Made by a program: the position numbers and the translations under genes
DNA from: a virus
Taxonomy: Duplodnaviria > Heunggongvirae > Uroviricota > Caudoviricetes
Virus record (IMG/VR): IMGVR_UViG_3300032007_000003
Span: 248,029 to 312,028 of that record
Length of the DNA stretch: 64,000 bases
Direction: 5' to 3' (one strand)
Shown here: positions 7,923-16,573 of the stretch, one piece after another
Layout of the letters: every line of letters begins with the position of its first letter
Position numbering within the stretch: position 1 is the first letter of the stretch
Notes under the pieces: generated by a model
What the model saw: the letters and a program-made list of their open reading frames with translations, nothing else
Told to the model about the DNA's origin: nothing
Databases searched by the model: none

Positions 7923-8453
7923 GTCTTTTTATATTATAGTATAGCTAGAAGCAAATAAAAAATAAAATAACTGTTAAACGGAAAGTTGAAAAGGTTTCCC
8001 TACACAATAGGTAAAGAAGTTATTCACCTTTACTGAGGGATTATACGCAAAGAGAAAACACCTCGACACACTCTCCTACAATAAAATTGGAAGACACGAA
8101 CCGTAACCGTATACCCAGATGTATACGCATCCGACTTTCCTTGTGAAAGTGGCAAAAGCTTGAATCGAAAATGCAACCGTTGTGTGCTTTGGAGCTTGAT
8201 ACCGAATCAAAAATAAGCAGTGTATGATTCTATGACTTAATTTCGCTTAACAGTAACTTGCGCCTATGGGGGAATAAGTAGACCCGTATGTCTTAGGAAC
8301 ATATGTTGAAATACACGTATCAGTGCAAGTCTGATTAGGCGCACAAAAAAAGGTGCTACGACAGACTGTGGAAGCCAATTTGATAGTGGCGAGTTCGTAG
8401 AACGCTGTAGTTAAATGGAATTTGATAAACAGCCTTTTTATTAATAATTCTTA

Positions 8454-8492
8454 AAAAATTTGGTTATTCCAAATATTTTTCGTATATTTGCA
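8454..8492 (+). promoter_or_regulatory. conserved promoter copy
   Basis: AAAAATTTGGTTATTCCAAATATTTTTCGTATATTTGCA. Confidence 0.5.
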
Positions 8493-8685
8493 CAGTAATT
8501 GAAAATGTTATGGGTAGAATACTTTTTATATTGTTCGTAGCTTTTATCATGACACTTGTTGTTGTAGTTATCAATAACTACCTCAATAAGAGAAATGGTA
8601 ATACGATGTCAAGGGAAGAGAAAAGAAAGTCTTTCAATGATGACATTGAGGCTGTAGCCAAGGAAATTAAAATGAGAAGAGAAGT

Positions 8686-8970
8686 ATGATTTTATGTTAT
8701 ATAATTGGTGGTCTCATTCTTGGTGGTTTTATAGTATCACTACTATTCTCCTACGAGATTAGACACGCAATAACAATTCTAGACACAGAGCCTTTCCTTA
8801 AAGGTGATTATGCGGAAGAAGAACCATATGTTAAGTATCATAATGTTTATTGCAAGAACTGTAAATTCTTCGATGGGACAGCAACATGCCTACATGAACA
8901 TAGTTTCGGTATCTTGAGCAATCATAATACAATTATATGCAAAACAGATGGGTTCTTTGAACCAAAATAA
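8686..8970 (+). CDS. small membrane protein with C-terminal Cys cluster
   Basis: A hydrophobic N-terminal segment, then CKNCKF...CLHEH. Confidence 0.35.
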   Translation: MILCYIIGGLILGGFIVSLLFSYEIRHAITILDTEPFLKGDYAEEEPYVKYHNVYCKNCKFFDGTATCLHEHSFGILSNHNTIICKTDGFFEPK

Positions 8971-8978
8971 AACTTAAT

Positions 8979-9005
8979 GGTGGGGTAGCTCAGTTGGATA
9001 GAGCA
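8979..9005 (+). pseudogene. orphan tRNA 5' half (acceptor plus D-arm) abutting an HNH gene
   Basis: GGTGGGG-TA-GCTCAGTTGGATAGAGC is followed by an A-run and the HNH gene at 9074. No matching 3' half was found. Confidence 0.4.
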
Positions 9006-9073
9006 AAAAAAAATGTACGAAAAGTCGTAACTTTCAAAAACTCATAATATTTATATACAAATGTACGAATATT

Positions 9074-9688
9074 ATGAAATGGATAAATAAAAAAAATGAG
9101 TTAGAGCGTTTAATTAATATAGAGCATATTTCTTACGAAGAAATAGGTAGACGTTATGGTGTAAGTGGTCAAGCAGTAAAAAAAGCTGCTCAAAGGTTAG
9201 GAGTTGTAATTCCGCAAAGAAGAGAAATTAATCCAAATGAACATTTTAATAAAGGAACAGCAGAAACTACAAAATGTGTTGAATGTGGTCGTGAATTTAT
9301 AAAATATAAAAGTCATTATGGCAATTTTTGTTCAACAGAATGTGCAAGTAAATATAAACATAAAAAAGCCTATAAAGATTTCTTGGAAAATAATGAGAAA
9401 TATTGTAGGGCTAATTACACACCAAAAGCATTTAAAAAAGAAATATTAGAAGAACAAGGTGGCATTTGTCCATTGTGTAAAGGTAAACCATTTCATAATG
9501 GAAAACCATTGGTCTTTATATTAGACCATATTGATGGTAATGCTGCTAATAACAAAAGAGAAAATCTTAGAATGATTTGTCCAAATTGTGATAGCCAATT
9601 GCCAACTTACAAATCAAAAAATAAAAATGGAGCGAGAAGTTATTATCGCTATCACAAATATGATGAAAACACTAAGATAGGCAAATAA
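9074..9688 (+). CDS. HNH homing endonuclease (paralog 3)
   Basis: 'LDHIDGNAANNKRENLRMICPNCD'. The N-terminal HTH-like 'EIGRRYGVSGQAVKKAAQRLGV' is shared with paralog 4. Confidence 0.7.
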   Translation: MKWINKKNELERLINIEHISYEEIGRRYGVSGQAVKKAAQRLGVVIPQRREINPNEHFNKGTAETTKCVECGREFIKYKSHYGNFCSTECASKYKHKKAYKDFLENNEKYCRANYTPKAFKKEILEEQGGICPLCKGKPFHNGKPLVFILDHIDGNAANNKRENLRMICPNCDSQLPTYKSKNKNGARSYYRYHKYDENTKIGK

Positions 9689-9691
9689 GAT

Positions 9692-9765
9692 GCTCCCATA
9701 GCTCAGTAGATAGTAGCAACTGCCTTCTAAGCAGTAGGTCGTAGGTGCAATTCCTACTGGGAGTA
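9692..9765 (+). tRNA. tRNA-Arg(TCT)
   Basis: Acceptor GCTCCCA/TGGGAGT. Anticodon stem ACTGC/GCAGT with loop CTTCTAA. T-arm GTAGGTGCAATTCCTAC. Confidence 0.65.
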
Positions 9766-9770
9766 CGAAT

Positions 9771-9800
9771 GCGGTTCGAGTCCGCTTCAGTGACCGAGAT
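9771..9800 (+). pseudogene. orphan tRNA T-arm/3' fragment
   Basis: GCGGTTCGAGTCCGC follows directly after tRNA-Arg, with no upstream acceptor or D-arm. Confidence 0.3.
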
Positions 9801-9942
9801 TAGGTAAATTCAACAAAGCAGTGTTCGATTCTTGCTTATCTCCACACTATGAGTTTCCAATGTTAACTCGTGGGGATTATGGTTAAGTTGAGGTCAAAAA
9901 ACGGTGTATCTAGGATGCCCAGTTGCGCCTAGCTGCATCAGT

Positions 9943-10095
9943 AGGAACGTACAGCAATCATTTACTTATTTTAAAACATTGTATTAGATTCGTAAATGAA
10001 GATAAGCGAAGCACTAAATCATAATTGCGAGGCACTTATCTATGCTCTTAGGGGCGAATGTCTAGTCATGACAGTAAATTGACCGTTCCTTTTTA
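9943..10095 (+). ncRNA. motif-initiated structured element
   Basis: AGGAACGTACAGCAATCA ... CGTTCCT-TTTTAT. The terminal stem is AGGAACG/CGTTCCT, followed by a U-tract. Confidence 0.3.
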
Positions 10096-10122
10096 TTTGA
10101 AGCAATTGACACTAAATATAAT

Positions 10123-10320
10123 GGAAGCGTACAGCATGTACTTAATCATCTTATTACTAACTTAAAAGGTTTCCAATTAAACACTTGCAAGGGCAACCAG
10201 TAAGCGTACCTTTTATAAAAATTAGGCAAAGGGCTAAGTACCACATGGTTAGCTGTGAAGACAGTAGCAGTGTACATGATTAAAGGGAAAAATAGTCATA
10301 ATAAACCTACGCTTCCTTTA
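10123..10320 (+). ncRNA. motif-initiated structured element
   Basis: GGAAGCGTACAGCATGTA ... ACGCTTCC-TTTAAAA. The terminal stem is 8 bp. Confidence 0.3.
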
Positions 10321-10437
10321 AAACCATTCACGGCAAGCAGGAGTGCAGAATAGGTGGGAGGCTACGAAAGATATGACAAATGCGCAAGCTTTATCTTGAG
10401 CCATCAGTGAGATACCACTCTCCTCATACCGTGAAAT

Positions 10438-10510
10438 GCACCCATAGCTCAATGGATTAGAGCACTTGTCTACGAAGCAGGGGGTTGTAGGTTCGAGTCC
10501 TACTGGGTGT
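10438..10510 (+). tRNA. tRNA-Arg(ACG)
   Basis: Acceptor GCACCCA/TGGGTGT. D-arm GCTCAATGGATTAGAGC. Anticodon loop CTACGAA, with A34 as expected for Arg-ACG. T-arm GTAGGTTCGAGTCCTAC. Confidence 0.6.
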
Positions 10511-10535
10511 ACATACTTTTTTTAAGGAGAATGTT

Positions 10536-10898
10536 ATGATAATAGAGATAAATAAGAAACTTATTCTAAATGTATTTGAACAATGTTTAGTTGTAAAAGA
10601 TGGTAAGTTGTTCAATACAAATACTAACGAGTACGAAGCCATTGAGGGTGATAAAGTTAAGTTTTGTTTCACCAATTATTTCGGAGTAGATTGTTGGGTT
10701 AGTGGAACAGTCGATGGATATACTTGTAATAGAAGAATCAAGTTAAGGGGTATCCATGATTTATATGCAATTAAATATGGTACTAAGAAAACCATCAAGC
10801 ATTTATCTGTAATAACAGACAGCGATTGCGAAGATGATGAAGCAGATGCTTATGAGGAAATGATGAAAGCTGAATGGGAAGCTGCTTTAAGTGAATGA
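10536..10898 (+). CDS. hypothetical protein (acidic C-terminus)
   Basis: 120-aa ORF with an RBS-like AGGAGA upstream. Confidence 0.4.
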   Translation: MIIEINKKLILNVFEQCLVVKDGKLFNTNTNEYEAIEGDKVKFCFTNYFGVDCWVSGTVDGYTCNRRIKLRGIHDLYAIKYGTKKTIKHLSVITDSDCEDDEADAYEEMMKAEWEAALSE

Positions 10899-10911
10899 AA
10901 AAAAGTTCTCA

Positions 10912-10951
10912 AAAAATTTGGAATTCTCAAAAATTATCTATATCTTTGCAA
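10912..10951 (+). promoter_or_regulatory. conserved promoter copy
   Basis: AAAAAATTTGGAATTCTCAAAAATTATCTATATCTTTGCA. Confidence 0.5.
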
Positions 10952-11341
10952 TGTTATAAGGTAATAATGAAGTAAGAAATTAAGAAAAATACAAAAAAAA
11001 TTCGTCAAAAACGAAACTTTTTAAAATTAAGTATATAATTATAGAAAAAAATCAATACATTTTATATTATGATTACAGTAGTTAAAAATATCGTCAAAGC
11101 CAATGCTAGTTCATTTACATCAAGTAAGTGGAATGATGCCATTGTATCTAATTTTGATACTATGGGGAGGCAACAGCTATGCGGTTATACTGAGATATAA
11201 GATGTAAGATATTAGGCACTTACTTCACTATATATTTCCCAAGCTGTTGAAGAACTCCAAGAAAGTCTTTAGCAGCTTTTTTTGTGCTCTTTACTTTTTT
11301 TAACTTAAAAAATTTGGATAATAAAAAAAATTTTAGTATCT

Positions 11342-11698
11342 TTGCAAAAAATTGTGTTCGGAATGAAAGTAGTAGTATGTATAGAGAAGTTTGAAGGGCA
11401 CGGTCTCACATTTAGAGAGGGGGAAACATACCTTGCTAACATGGTGAATCCAAACTATTGGGTTGTTGATTCAGTAGGTGTTAAGTCAGAGGACTTCATG
11501 CTTCATTTCGAGGTCGTAGAGGAGCTTGTAGAGGACAAGACTAGTGGAAGCACAGTTGAGGTAAATAAGAAGTTTGTAGAGGAAGAGAAGGACTTCAAGG
11601 AGTTTCTTAGGAACTTCGGTTTTAAGGATGAAGACACAGAAGAGAAAGAAGAAAAAGAGTCAATACTCGATAAAATAAGGGATTACATATTTGCGTAA
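11342..11698 (+). CDS. hypothetical acidic protein
   Basis: 118-aa ORF downstream of a promoter copy at 11307-11346. Confidence 0.4.
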   Translation: MQKIVFGMKVVVCIEKFEGHGLTFREGETYLANMVNPNYWVVDSVGVKSEDFMLHFEVVEELVEDKTSGSTVEVNKKFVEEEKDFKEFLRNFGFKDEDTEEKEEKESILDKIRDYIFA

Positions 11699-11705
11699 TC
11701 CATAT

Positions 11706-11779
11706 GGGTAGGTAGCAAAGATGGTCAATGCACCAGACTGAAAATCTGGCAATGGTGGTTCGAGTCCACCCCTACCCAC
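11706..11779 (+). tRNA. tRNA-Phe(GAA)
   Basis: Acceptor GGGTAGG/CCTACCC. Anticodon stem CCAGA/TCTGG with loop CTGAAAA. T-arm GGTGGTTCGAGTCCACC. Confidence 0.7.
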
Positions 11780-11881
11780 AAAGCCAACTTCATACAGATA
11801 ATCAATCCCACTACGTAGTGCTCTAGAGAATATGGGAGATAAAACTGTTTGGACAAACACTACTAAGGTTGGCTTTATAAT

Positions 11882-11955
11882 AGTGGCGTAGCTCAGTTGG
11901 TTAGAGTATTGGCCTGTCACGCCAAGGGTCGTGGGTTCGAACCCCATCGTCACTG
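11882..11955 (+). tRNA. tRNA-Asp(GTC)
   Basis: Acceptor AGTGGCG/CGTCACT. D-arm GCTCAGTTGGTTAGAGT. Anticodon loop CTGTCAC. T-arm GTGGGTTCGAACCCCAT. Confidence 0.7.
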
Positions 11956-11975
11956 CAAAAAAATAAAACTTGAAT

Positions 11976-12052
11976 AGCCTCTGGGGATGCTAGGTGTGTC
12001 CGTCACTCTGTCACAGTGTTCAACCAGGTGGGTTCGAATCCCATAGGGGCTG
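11976..12052 (+). tRNA. tRNA-like, anticodon loop CTGTCAC (GTC), atypical D-arm
   Basis: Acceptor AGCCTCT/AGGGGCT. T-arm GTGGGTTCGAATCCCAT. The anticodon stem is weak. Confidence 0.4.
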
Positions 12053-12217
12053 CAAAGTTGGAACTATACAAAGATAATAGGAAGTTAATTAGATAGGTCT
12101 CGCAAACCTATTATTCGTGGGAAGTCGTTGTATTTGACGTTAACTTATTAATCCCCTGAACGGTCCAAACAGGAGGGGTTTATCTGAGTATTACTTGCAA
12201 GAGTTTCAACTTTATAT

Positions 12218-12288
12218 GTGGGAGTAGCTGAGAGGTTTAGCGGTAGGTTGAAGCCCTACAGACGGTGGTTCGATTCCATCTTCTCACA
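12218..12288 (+). tRNA. tRNA-Phe(GAA)-like second copy
   Basis: Acceptor GTGGGAG/TTCTCAC with G-U pairs. Anticodon stem GTAGG/CCTAC with loop TTGAAGC. T-arm GGTGGTTCGATTCCATC. Confidence 0.5.
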
Positions 12289-12384
12289 CAAAGATTAGAT
12301 TCAGAGTGGGGCATTAGATACACTACATTGGGTAATCTATATAAGTCCGCATCTGTGAGTTGCAACATCTAGTCTTTACCAAAT

Positions 12385-12463
12385 GGATGGGTATGCAAGT
12401 GGTTGAAGCAACTAGTATTACAAACTAGCATTCCACACGTAGGTTCGAATCCTACCCCATCTA
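12385..12463 (+). tRNA. tRNA-Val(TAC)
   Basis: Acceptor GGATGGG/CCCATCT. Anticodon stem CTAGT/ACTAG with loop ATTACAA. T-arm GTAGGTTCGAATCCTAC. The variable region is longer than usual. Confidence 0.55.
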
Positions 12464-12537
12464 CTAAAAAAAAATTGGTTCGAATACTTGATTTTTTCGA
12501 ACTTTTCCTTATATTTATAATAAAGAAAGTTTGAATT

Positions 12538-13137
12538 ATGAAAGTAGATTGGATTAATGAAAAAGAGACTCTTGAGAAACTTATAAAAGAAGGAGTACCA
12601 TATGAGCGTATTGGAAGACATTATGATGTGTCTGGAACTGCTGTTAAAAAAGCAGCAAAAAAATTGGGTATTGAACTTGAGCAGAAGCGAAAGATAAATC
12701 CTAATGAACATTTTAACAAGGGTACAAGTAAAGTTTGTTACTGTCTGAATTGCGGTAAAGAATTAAGTGGTTCACAAGTTAAATATTGTTCGAATGAATG
12801 CCAAATGGAATATCAAAAAACAAAAAAAATAAACGAATGGAAAGAGCATCCAGAAAGATTTTCATCAGAAAATGGGTATTCATTTATTAGAAATTATCTG
12901 TTAGAGAAGTATAACTATAAATGTGAAAAATGCGGTTGGAATGAAGAAAATCCATACACTCATTCAATACCATTAGAGGTTCATCACATAGATGGCGATT
13001 GCACAAATAATAGAGAAGAAAATCTCCAGTTATTATGCCCTAACCATCATTCTTTGACAGAAAATTTTGGTAGTAGAAATAAAAATAATAGCAAAAGATA
13101 TAAATTAATGGAATATAAAAGAAAATTACGTGAATAA
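12538..13137 (+). CDS. HNH homing endonuclease (paralog 4)
   Basis: 'VHHIDGDCTNNREENLQLLCPNHH'. The N-terminus is near-identical to paralog 3. Confidence 0.7.
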   Translation: MKVDWINEKETLEKLIKEGVPYERIGRHYDVSGTAVKKAAKKLGIELEQKRKINPNEHFNKGTSKVCYCLNCGKELSGSQVKYCSNECQMEYQKTKKINEWKEHPERFSSENGYSFIRNYLLEKYNYKCEKCGWNEENPYTHSIPLEVHHIDGDCTNNREENLQLLCPNHHSLTENFGSRNKNNSKRYKLMEYKRKLRE

Positions 13138-13145
13138 ATAATAAT

Positions 13146-13220
13146 TGGGAGTTAGCTACAATGGTTAGAGCAGGGGCCTGTTAAGCCTCAGGTTGTGGGT
13201 TCGAGTCCCACACTCCCAGC
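13146..13220 (+). tRNA. tRNA-Asn(GTT)
   Basis: Acceptor TGGGAGT/ACTCCCA (perfect). Anticodon stem GGGGC/GCCTC with loop CTGTTAA. T-arm GTGGGTTCGAGTCCCAC. Confidence 0.7.
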
Positions 13221-13224
13221 ATAC

Positions 13225-13311
13225 GTTTGGATAGTCAAGAGGTCGAAGACAACAGACTGTTAATCTGTCGTGGCGTTGTCCCCATCGTAGGTTCGAATCC
13301 TACTCCAAACG
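13225..13311 (+). tRNA. tRNA with long variable arm, anticodon loop CTGTTAA (GTT?)
   Basis: Acceptor GTTTGGA/TCCAAAC. Anticodon stem ACAGA/TCTGT. An 18-nt variable region. T-arm GTAGGTTCGAATCCTAC. The identity is ambiguous. Confidence 0.4.
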
Positions 13312-13316
13312 CAATT

Positions 13317-13399
13317 AGGAGGCTGAGAGCACTGGAAAATAGTGTGCTATGCCATTGTTGAGGTGAGCATAGAAGATGGGTTCGATTCCCATAGCCCCC
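13317..13399 (+). tRNA. tRNA-like (unresolved interior)
   Basis: Acceptor GGAGGCT/AGCCCCC at 6 of 7 pairs. T-arm GATGGGTTCGATTCCCAT. Confidence 0.25.
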
Positions 13400-13520
13400 A
13401 CTCCTAGACGTAGGGGATAAAAAGCCTAAAGATGTACATATAGGCTGTTGAGATTTTAAGTATTTTGCAGATACTATTTTAATCAACCGCTTGGGAGCTG
13501 ATAGTCCTGCGATAGTGCGA

Positions 13521-13594
13521 CTAAATATGGGCCATGTAGTGTAACGGCTAGCACTTCACATTTGCAATGTGACAGAGGGGTTCAAATCCCACAT
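13521..13594 (+). tRNA. tRNA-like, anticodon loop TTTGCAA (TGC)
   Basis: Anticodon stem TCACA/TGTGA. T-loop GGTTCAAATCC. The acceptor pairing is weak (GCCATGT/ATGTGTC with G-U pairs). Confidence 0.3.
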
Positions 13595-13612
13595 GTGTCC
13601 ACTTAGAATTTT

Positions 13613-13707
13613 GGTGGGATACCCAAGTGGTTATAAGGGGGGAGACTTGAAATCTCTTAGTTCGGTTGAGATATATCGGAGCGTGGGTTCGAATCCTACT
13701 CCCACCG
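13613..13707 (+). tRNA. tRNA-Ser(TGA), type II
   Basis: Acceptor GGTGGGA/TCCCACC (perfect). D-arm CCCAAGTGGTTATAAGGGG. Anticodon loop CTTGAAA. Long variable arm. T-arm GTGGGTTCGAATCCTAC. Confidence 0.65.
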
Positions 13708-13731
13708 CAAGTTTAACTCATAAATTGAGAA

Positions 13732-14108
13732 TAATGATAACATTTAGAGAAAGTTGTAAAACAATTTTTGCATATGAAAATGATGTTTATTTAGGGGCAA
13801 TTGTTTTATCTGATGATATCGAATACGAGAGATATAAAGACAGATGCAATGGTGATAAACTATTAAAAATTGTTCGACTTGAAACATCTAATGAGTACAC
13901 CAACAAAGGTATTGGAAGTGCTCTTATTCGTAAAGCAATAGAATTGTATCCAGAGCACAATATGTATTTGTTGTGCCATCCAATGCCAAGAGGAAATTGT
14001 GATGCAAAACATAAAACAGTTAGTGATTTGAAAAGATTCTATAGTAAATTTGGTTTTGTTTCTTGTGGGGAACTATTACCAACAATGATTAGAAAAGCTA
14101 CAATATAA
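13732..14108 (+). CDS. GNAT-family N-acetyltransferase (start reassigned downstream of tRNAs)
   Basis: 'NKGIGSALIRKAIE' resembles GNAT motif A. The N-terminal part of the tracked ORF overlaps two tRNAs, so the first in-frame ATG after them was chosen. Confidence 0.45.
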
Positions 14109-14242
14109 TCGTTCTAGAAGGACACGCTAGGAATTAAACCACCTAGAGAAGTTATCGTAGGCAACGAGAGAGCTAGTATCATTCATCAAGGCTAGCTAGC
14201 TACAGTTGTACGAGATAGTGGAATGTAAGGAATCGATTTTAT

Positions 14243-14330
14243 GGAGAGTTACCCAAGTTGGTGAAGGGGGCACATTGCTAACGTGCTAGGTCTGTAACAA
14301 GGCGCAGGGGTTCGAGTCCCTTACTCTCCG
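14243..14330 (+). tRNA. tRNA-Ser(GCT), type II
   Basis: Acceptor GGAGAGT/ACTCTCC. D-arm CCCAAGTTGGTGAAGGGGG. Anticodon loop TTGCTAA. Long variable arm. T-arm AGGGGTTCGAGTCCCTT. Confidence 0.6.
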
Positions 14331-14351
14331 CTTTTATAGTATATTAATGTT

Positions 14352-14651
14352 ATGAATGAAGCAATACCGTTTATATCAATATTCATCGTGATGTTTGGTT
14401 TAGCAATCACCATGAGAAAAAACAAGGGGGTAGCGTCAATAGGATGGGTAATCGTGGCTATCGGTGTAGCAATAAACATGATACATTGTTTTATCCTTGG
14501 AAAAATCATACTTGGTATTTTTAATATGATTTTCTCAATACTTGATGGTTTAGCGGCAGTTGCAACATATAAGGCATATAAAGAGAGTCTTCTCGAAAAT
14601 AGGGAAAAGTTTTTAAACGAAATAATGAACTACAAGAAACAAACAATATGA
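14352..14651 (+). CDS. small integral membrane protein
   Basis: Two hydrophobic segments. Confidence 0.4.
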   Translation: MNEAIPFISIFIVMFGLAITMRKNKGVASIGWVIVAIGVAINMIHCFILGKIILGIFNMIFSILDGLAAVATYKAYKESLLENREKFLNEIMNYKKQTI

Positions 14652-14893
14652 TAGTACATGATATAAAGTCAATCGTGAAAGGTATTGCACAGCTTCAGTA
14701 TATCATGTCTGGAGGAATTGCAGTCTATCATATCACATCAGTTGATGATAAGAAATATCAACTTGAGATTGACCTTAGTGATAAGAAAGATGTTGGGGAA
14801 ACAGCAGCCTTTAAGCCAACTGAAAAAGCAATCCTTCTTATGAGGTGGATTAGAAAGGCAAACGAGAATGATACATTAATTGAAATAAAATAA
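14648..14893 (+). CDS. hypothetical protein
   Basis: 81-aa ORF whose start overlaps the previous stop (ATGA). Confidence 0.4.
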   Translation: MIVHDIKSIVKGIAQLQYIMSGGIAVYHITSVDDKKYQLEIDLSDKKDVGETAAFKPTEKAILLMRWIRKANENDTLIEIK

Positions 14894-15013
14894 AAGAAAT
14901 TTAAATAAGCATATGAGAATGGTTAAAGTCATAAAACGTAAAAAGCGAAAGTGACGCTCTATAAGTTTTCAACCACGTTGAGCTTAGAGCGTTATGGAAA
15001 GATACAAACAAAT

Positions 15014-15085
15014 GCGCTTGTAGCTTAGTGGTAGAGCACGTGTCTCTTAAACATGGGGTCAAGGGTTCGAATCCCTTCAGGCGCA
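15014..15085 (+). tRNA. tRNA-Lys(CTT)
   Basis: Acceptor GCGCTTG/CAGGCGC. Anticodon loop CTCTTAA. T-arm AAGGGTTCGAATCCCTT. Confidence 0.65.
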
Positions 15086-15118
15086 CACTAATATCCGTAT
15101 GTATCTTACATACAATTT

Positions 15119-15193
15119 GCGCCCATAGCTCAGTTGGTAGATGCACGAAACTTTTAATTTCGGGGTCGAGGGTTCGAGTCCCTCTGGGCGCAC
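15119..15193 (+). tRNA. tRNA-Lys(TTT)
   Basis: Acceptor GCGCCCA/TGGGCGC. Anticodon stem CGAAA/TTTCG with loop CTTTTAA. T-arm GAGGGTTCGAGTCCCTC. Confidence 0.7.
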
Positions 15194-15204
15194 TGATTTT
15201 CTAA

Positions 15205-15294
15205 CCTCCGTTAGTTCATCGGTGAGTGCTCGAAAGAGACGAGAACACTAGTCTTTTAAACTAGGTGTGGTTGGTTCGACTCCAACACGGAGGA
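15205..15294 (+). tRNA. tRNA-Lys(TTT)-like with a 25-nt D-loop carrying an extra hairpin
   Basis: Acceptor CCTCCGT/ACGGAGG (perfect). D-stem GTTC/GAAC encloses ATCGGTGAGTGCTCGAAAGAGACGA. Anticodon stem CTAGT/ACTAG with loop CTTTTAA. T-arm GTTGGTTCGACTCCAAC. Confidence 0.4.
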
Positions 15295-15306
15295 CAATTT
15301 TCATAT

Positions 15307-15378
15307 GCTCCTATGGCAGAAGGGTTCATGCACTAGACTCTTAATCTGGCTATCAAGGTTCGAGTCCTTGTGGGAGTA
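15307..15378 (+). tRNA. tRNA-Lys(CTT), second copy
   Basis: Acceptor GCTCCTA/TGGGAGT with G-U pairs. Anticodon stem CTAGA/TCTGG with loop CTCTTAA. T-arm CAAGGTTCGAGTCCTTG. Confidence 0.55.
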
Positions 15379-15401
15379 CGGAATTTATAAATGTTACGAT
15401 A

Positions 15402-15722
15402 ATGGGTAGATGTAAATGTAAAGTTTGTGGCAAAGAATTAGAATATTGTGGGGATAACTCGCCTATGCTTAAAGAAGATGTTTGGTACAAGATAGTTGGT
15501 TTCTATAACTTGGAAGAATACGAAAAAGAAGCTTCTAAACTATTTATGAAAGCTTACAAAAAATGGAGACGAGGAAGAAGCGAGTTCAATGATAAAGATG
15601 AGTATCATTTATATATTTGCACAGATTGTATGGAAAAAGCGTTGGGAAGAAAAATATTGAAATCTGAGTTAATAGGAGAAAATACCCCATTTAATGAAGG
15701 ATTTGAAAAAAATTATTTTTAA
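15402..15722 (+). CDS. zinc-finger small protein
   Basis: CKCKVCGK ... CTDCMEKA CxxC pairs. Confidence 0.45.
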   Translation: MGRCKCKVCGKELEYCGDNSPMLKEDVWYKIVGFYNLEEYEKEASKLFMKAYKKWRRGRSEFNDKDEYHLYICTDCMEKALGRKILKSELIGENTPFNEGFEKNYF

Positions 15723-15727
15723 CTGTT

Positions 15728-16210
15728 ATGATAATGGCTAATTGTGATAAAAACAATTGTAAATTAGAAGAAGGCTCTAACTCAAGGTGGTCAAAGGAAG
15801 AGATAGAGAAAACTTTGAAAGAGTATTGGTCACATGTTGACTATAAGGTCGGTGATTGGGTAGAGACTTGTAACTTCCTTCCAGGAATTGTACAGAAGAT
15901 AAACATTCGTTTCAACGATGACCCAAAGTACAATTGTTTTGAAGATGATGTGTTGATATTCTATCCACATTATGCTTTCACTGAAAAGGAAGGATGGAAA
16001 GGTAAGTATTGTGGTGGTAGCTGTTGTTCAGTAACGCATTGTGGGGTACATAAAATAACTCCAGAATATGCTTGCAAGCTTATGTCACTTGGATATGACC
16101 GTCTTGAGAAACTTTGGGATAAGGCTATTAAGAGCGATAACACTGATAAGAAGTGGTCGGAATACGTAGAAGAATTATATGCGAAAGAGTTCCCAAAGGG
16201 ATTTGAGTAG
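15728..16210 (+). CDS. hypothetical Cys-rich protein
   Basis: 160-aa ORF containing CGGSCCSVTHCG. Confidence 0.4.
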   Translation: MIMANCDKNNCKLEEGSNSRWSKEEIEKTLKEYWSHVDYKVGDWVETCNFLPGIVQKINIRFNDDPKYNCFEDDVLIFYPHYAFTEKEGWKGKYCGGSCCSVTHCGVHKITPEYACKLMSLGYDRLEKLWDKAIKSDNTDKKWSEYVEELYAKEFPKGFE

Positions 16211-16219
16211 CATACTCAT

Positions 16220-16292
16220 GCCTCGTTAGTTCAGTTGATAGAACGACTGATTTGTACTCAGTAGGTCGGGGGTTTGAATCCCTCACGAGGCT
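16220..16292 (+). tRNA. tRNA-Thr(TGT)
   Basis: Acceptor GCCTCGT/ACGAGGC (perfect). Anticodon stem ACTGA/TCAGT with loop TTTGTAC. Confidence 0.7.
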
Positions 16293-16427
16293 CGATGCTA
16301 GGAGAAGTCACATGGTAGATGTACAGACATAGTGCTATGTGGTGAAGAATCTAGAACAGAACATACTAGTCTGTAATAGTATGCCAAAGGTTCAATATCA
16401 GGGAAGGTTACTTTGGATTTTAATAGT

Positions 16428-16509
16428 GGGTACACACAGCAAGTATGAATTTACACTTCAAGCAGACTGTCAATTTGTGTAACGTGGGTTCGATTCCTAA
16501 CGGTGTATA
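16428..16509 (+). ncRNA. motif-initiated tRNA-like element
   Basis: GGGTACACACAGCAAGTAT ... T-arm GTGGGTTCGATTCCTAA. The acceptor-like pairing is GTACACA/GGTGTAT. Confidence 0.3.
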
Positions 16510-16573
16510 AAAAATGCACTTGTTTGTACAACATTTCAAAAGTTCGTGATATTTATATATAAATGTCGAACAA

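Noticed and set aside
13569-13731. N-terminal 54 codons of tracked ORF 13569-14108
   Set aside because: This portion overlaps tRNA-like 13521-13594 and tRNA-Ser 13613-13707. The GNAT domain begins after the first ATG downstream, so the start was moved to 13732.
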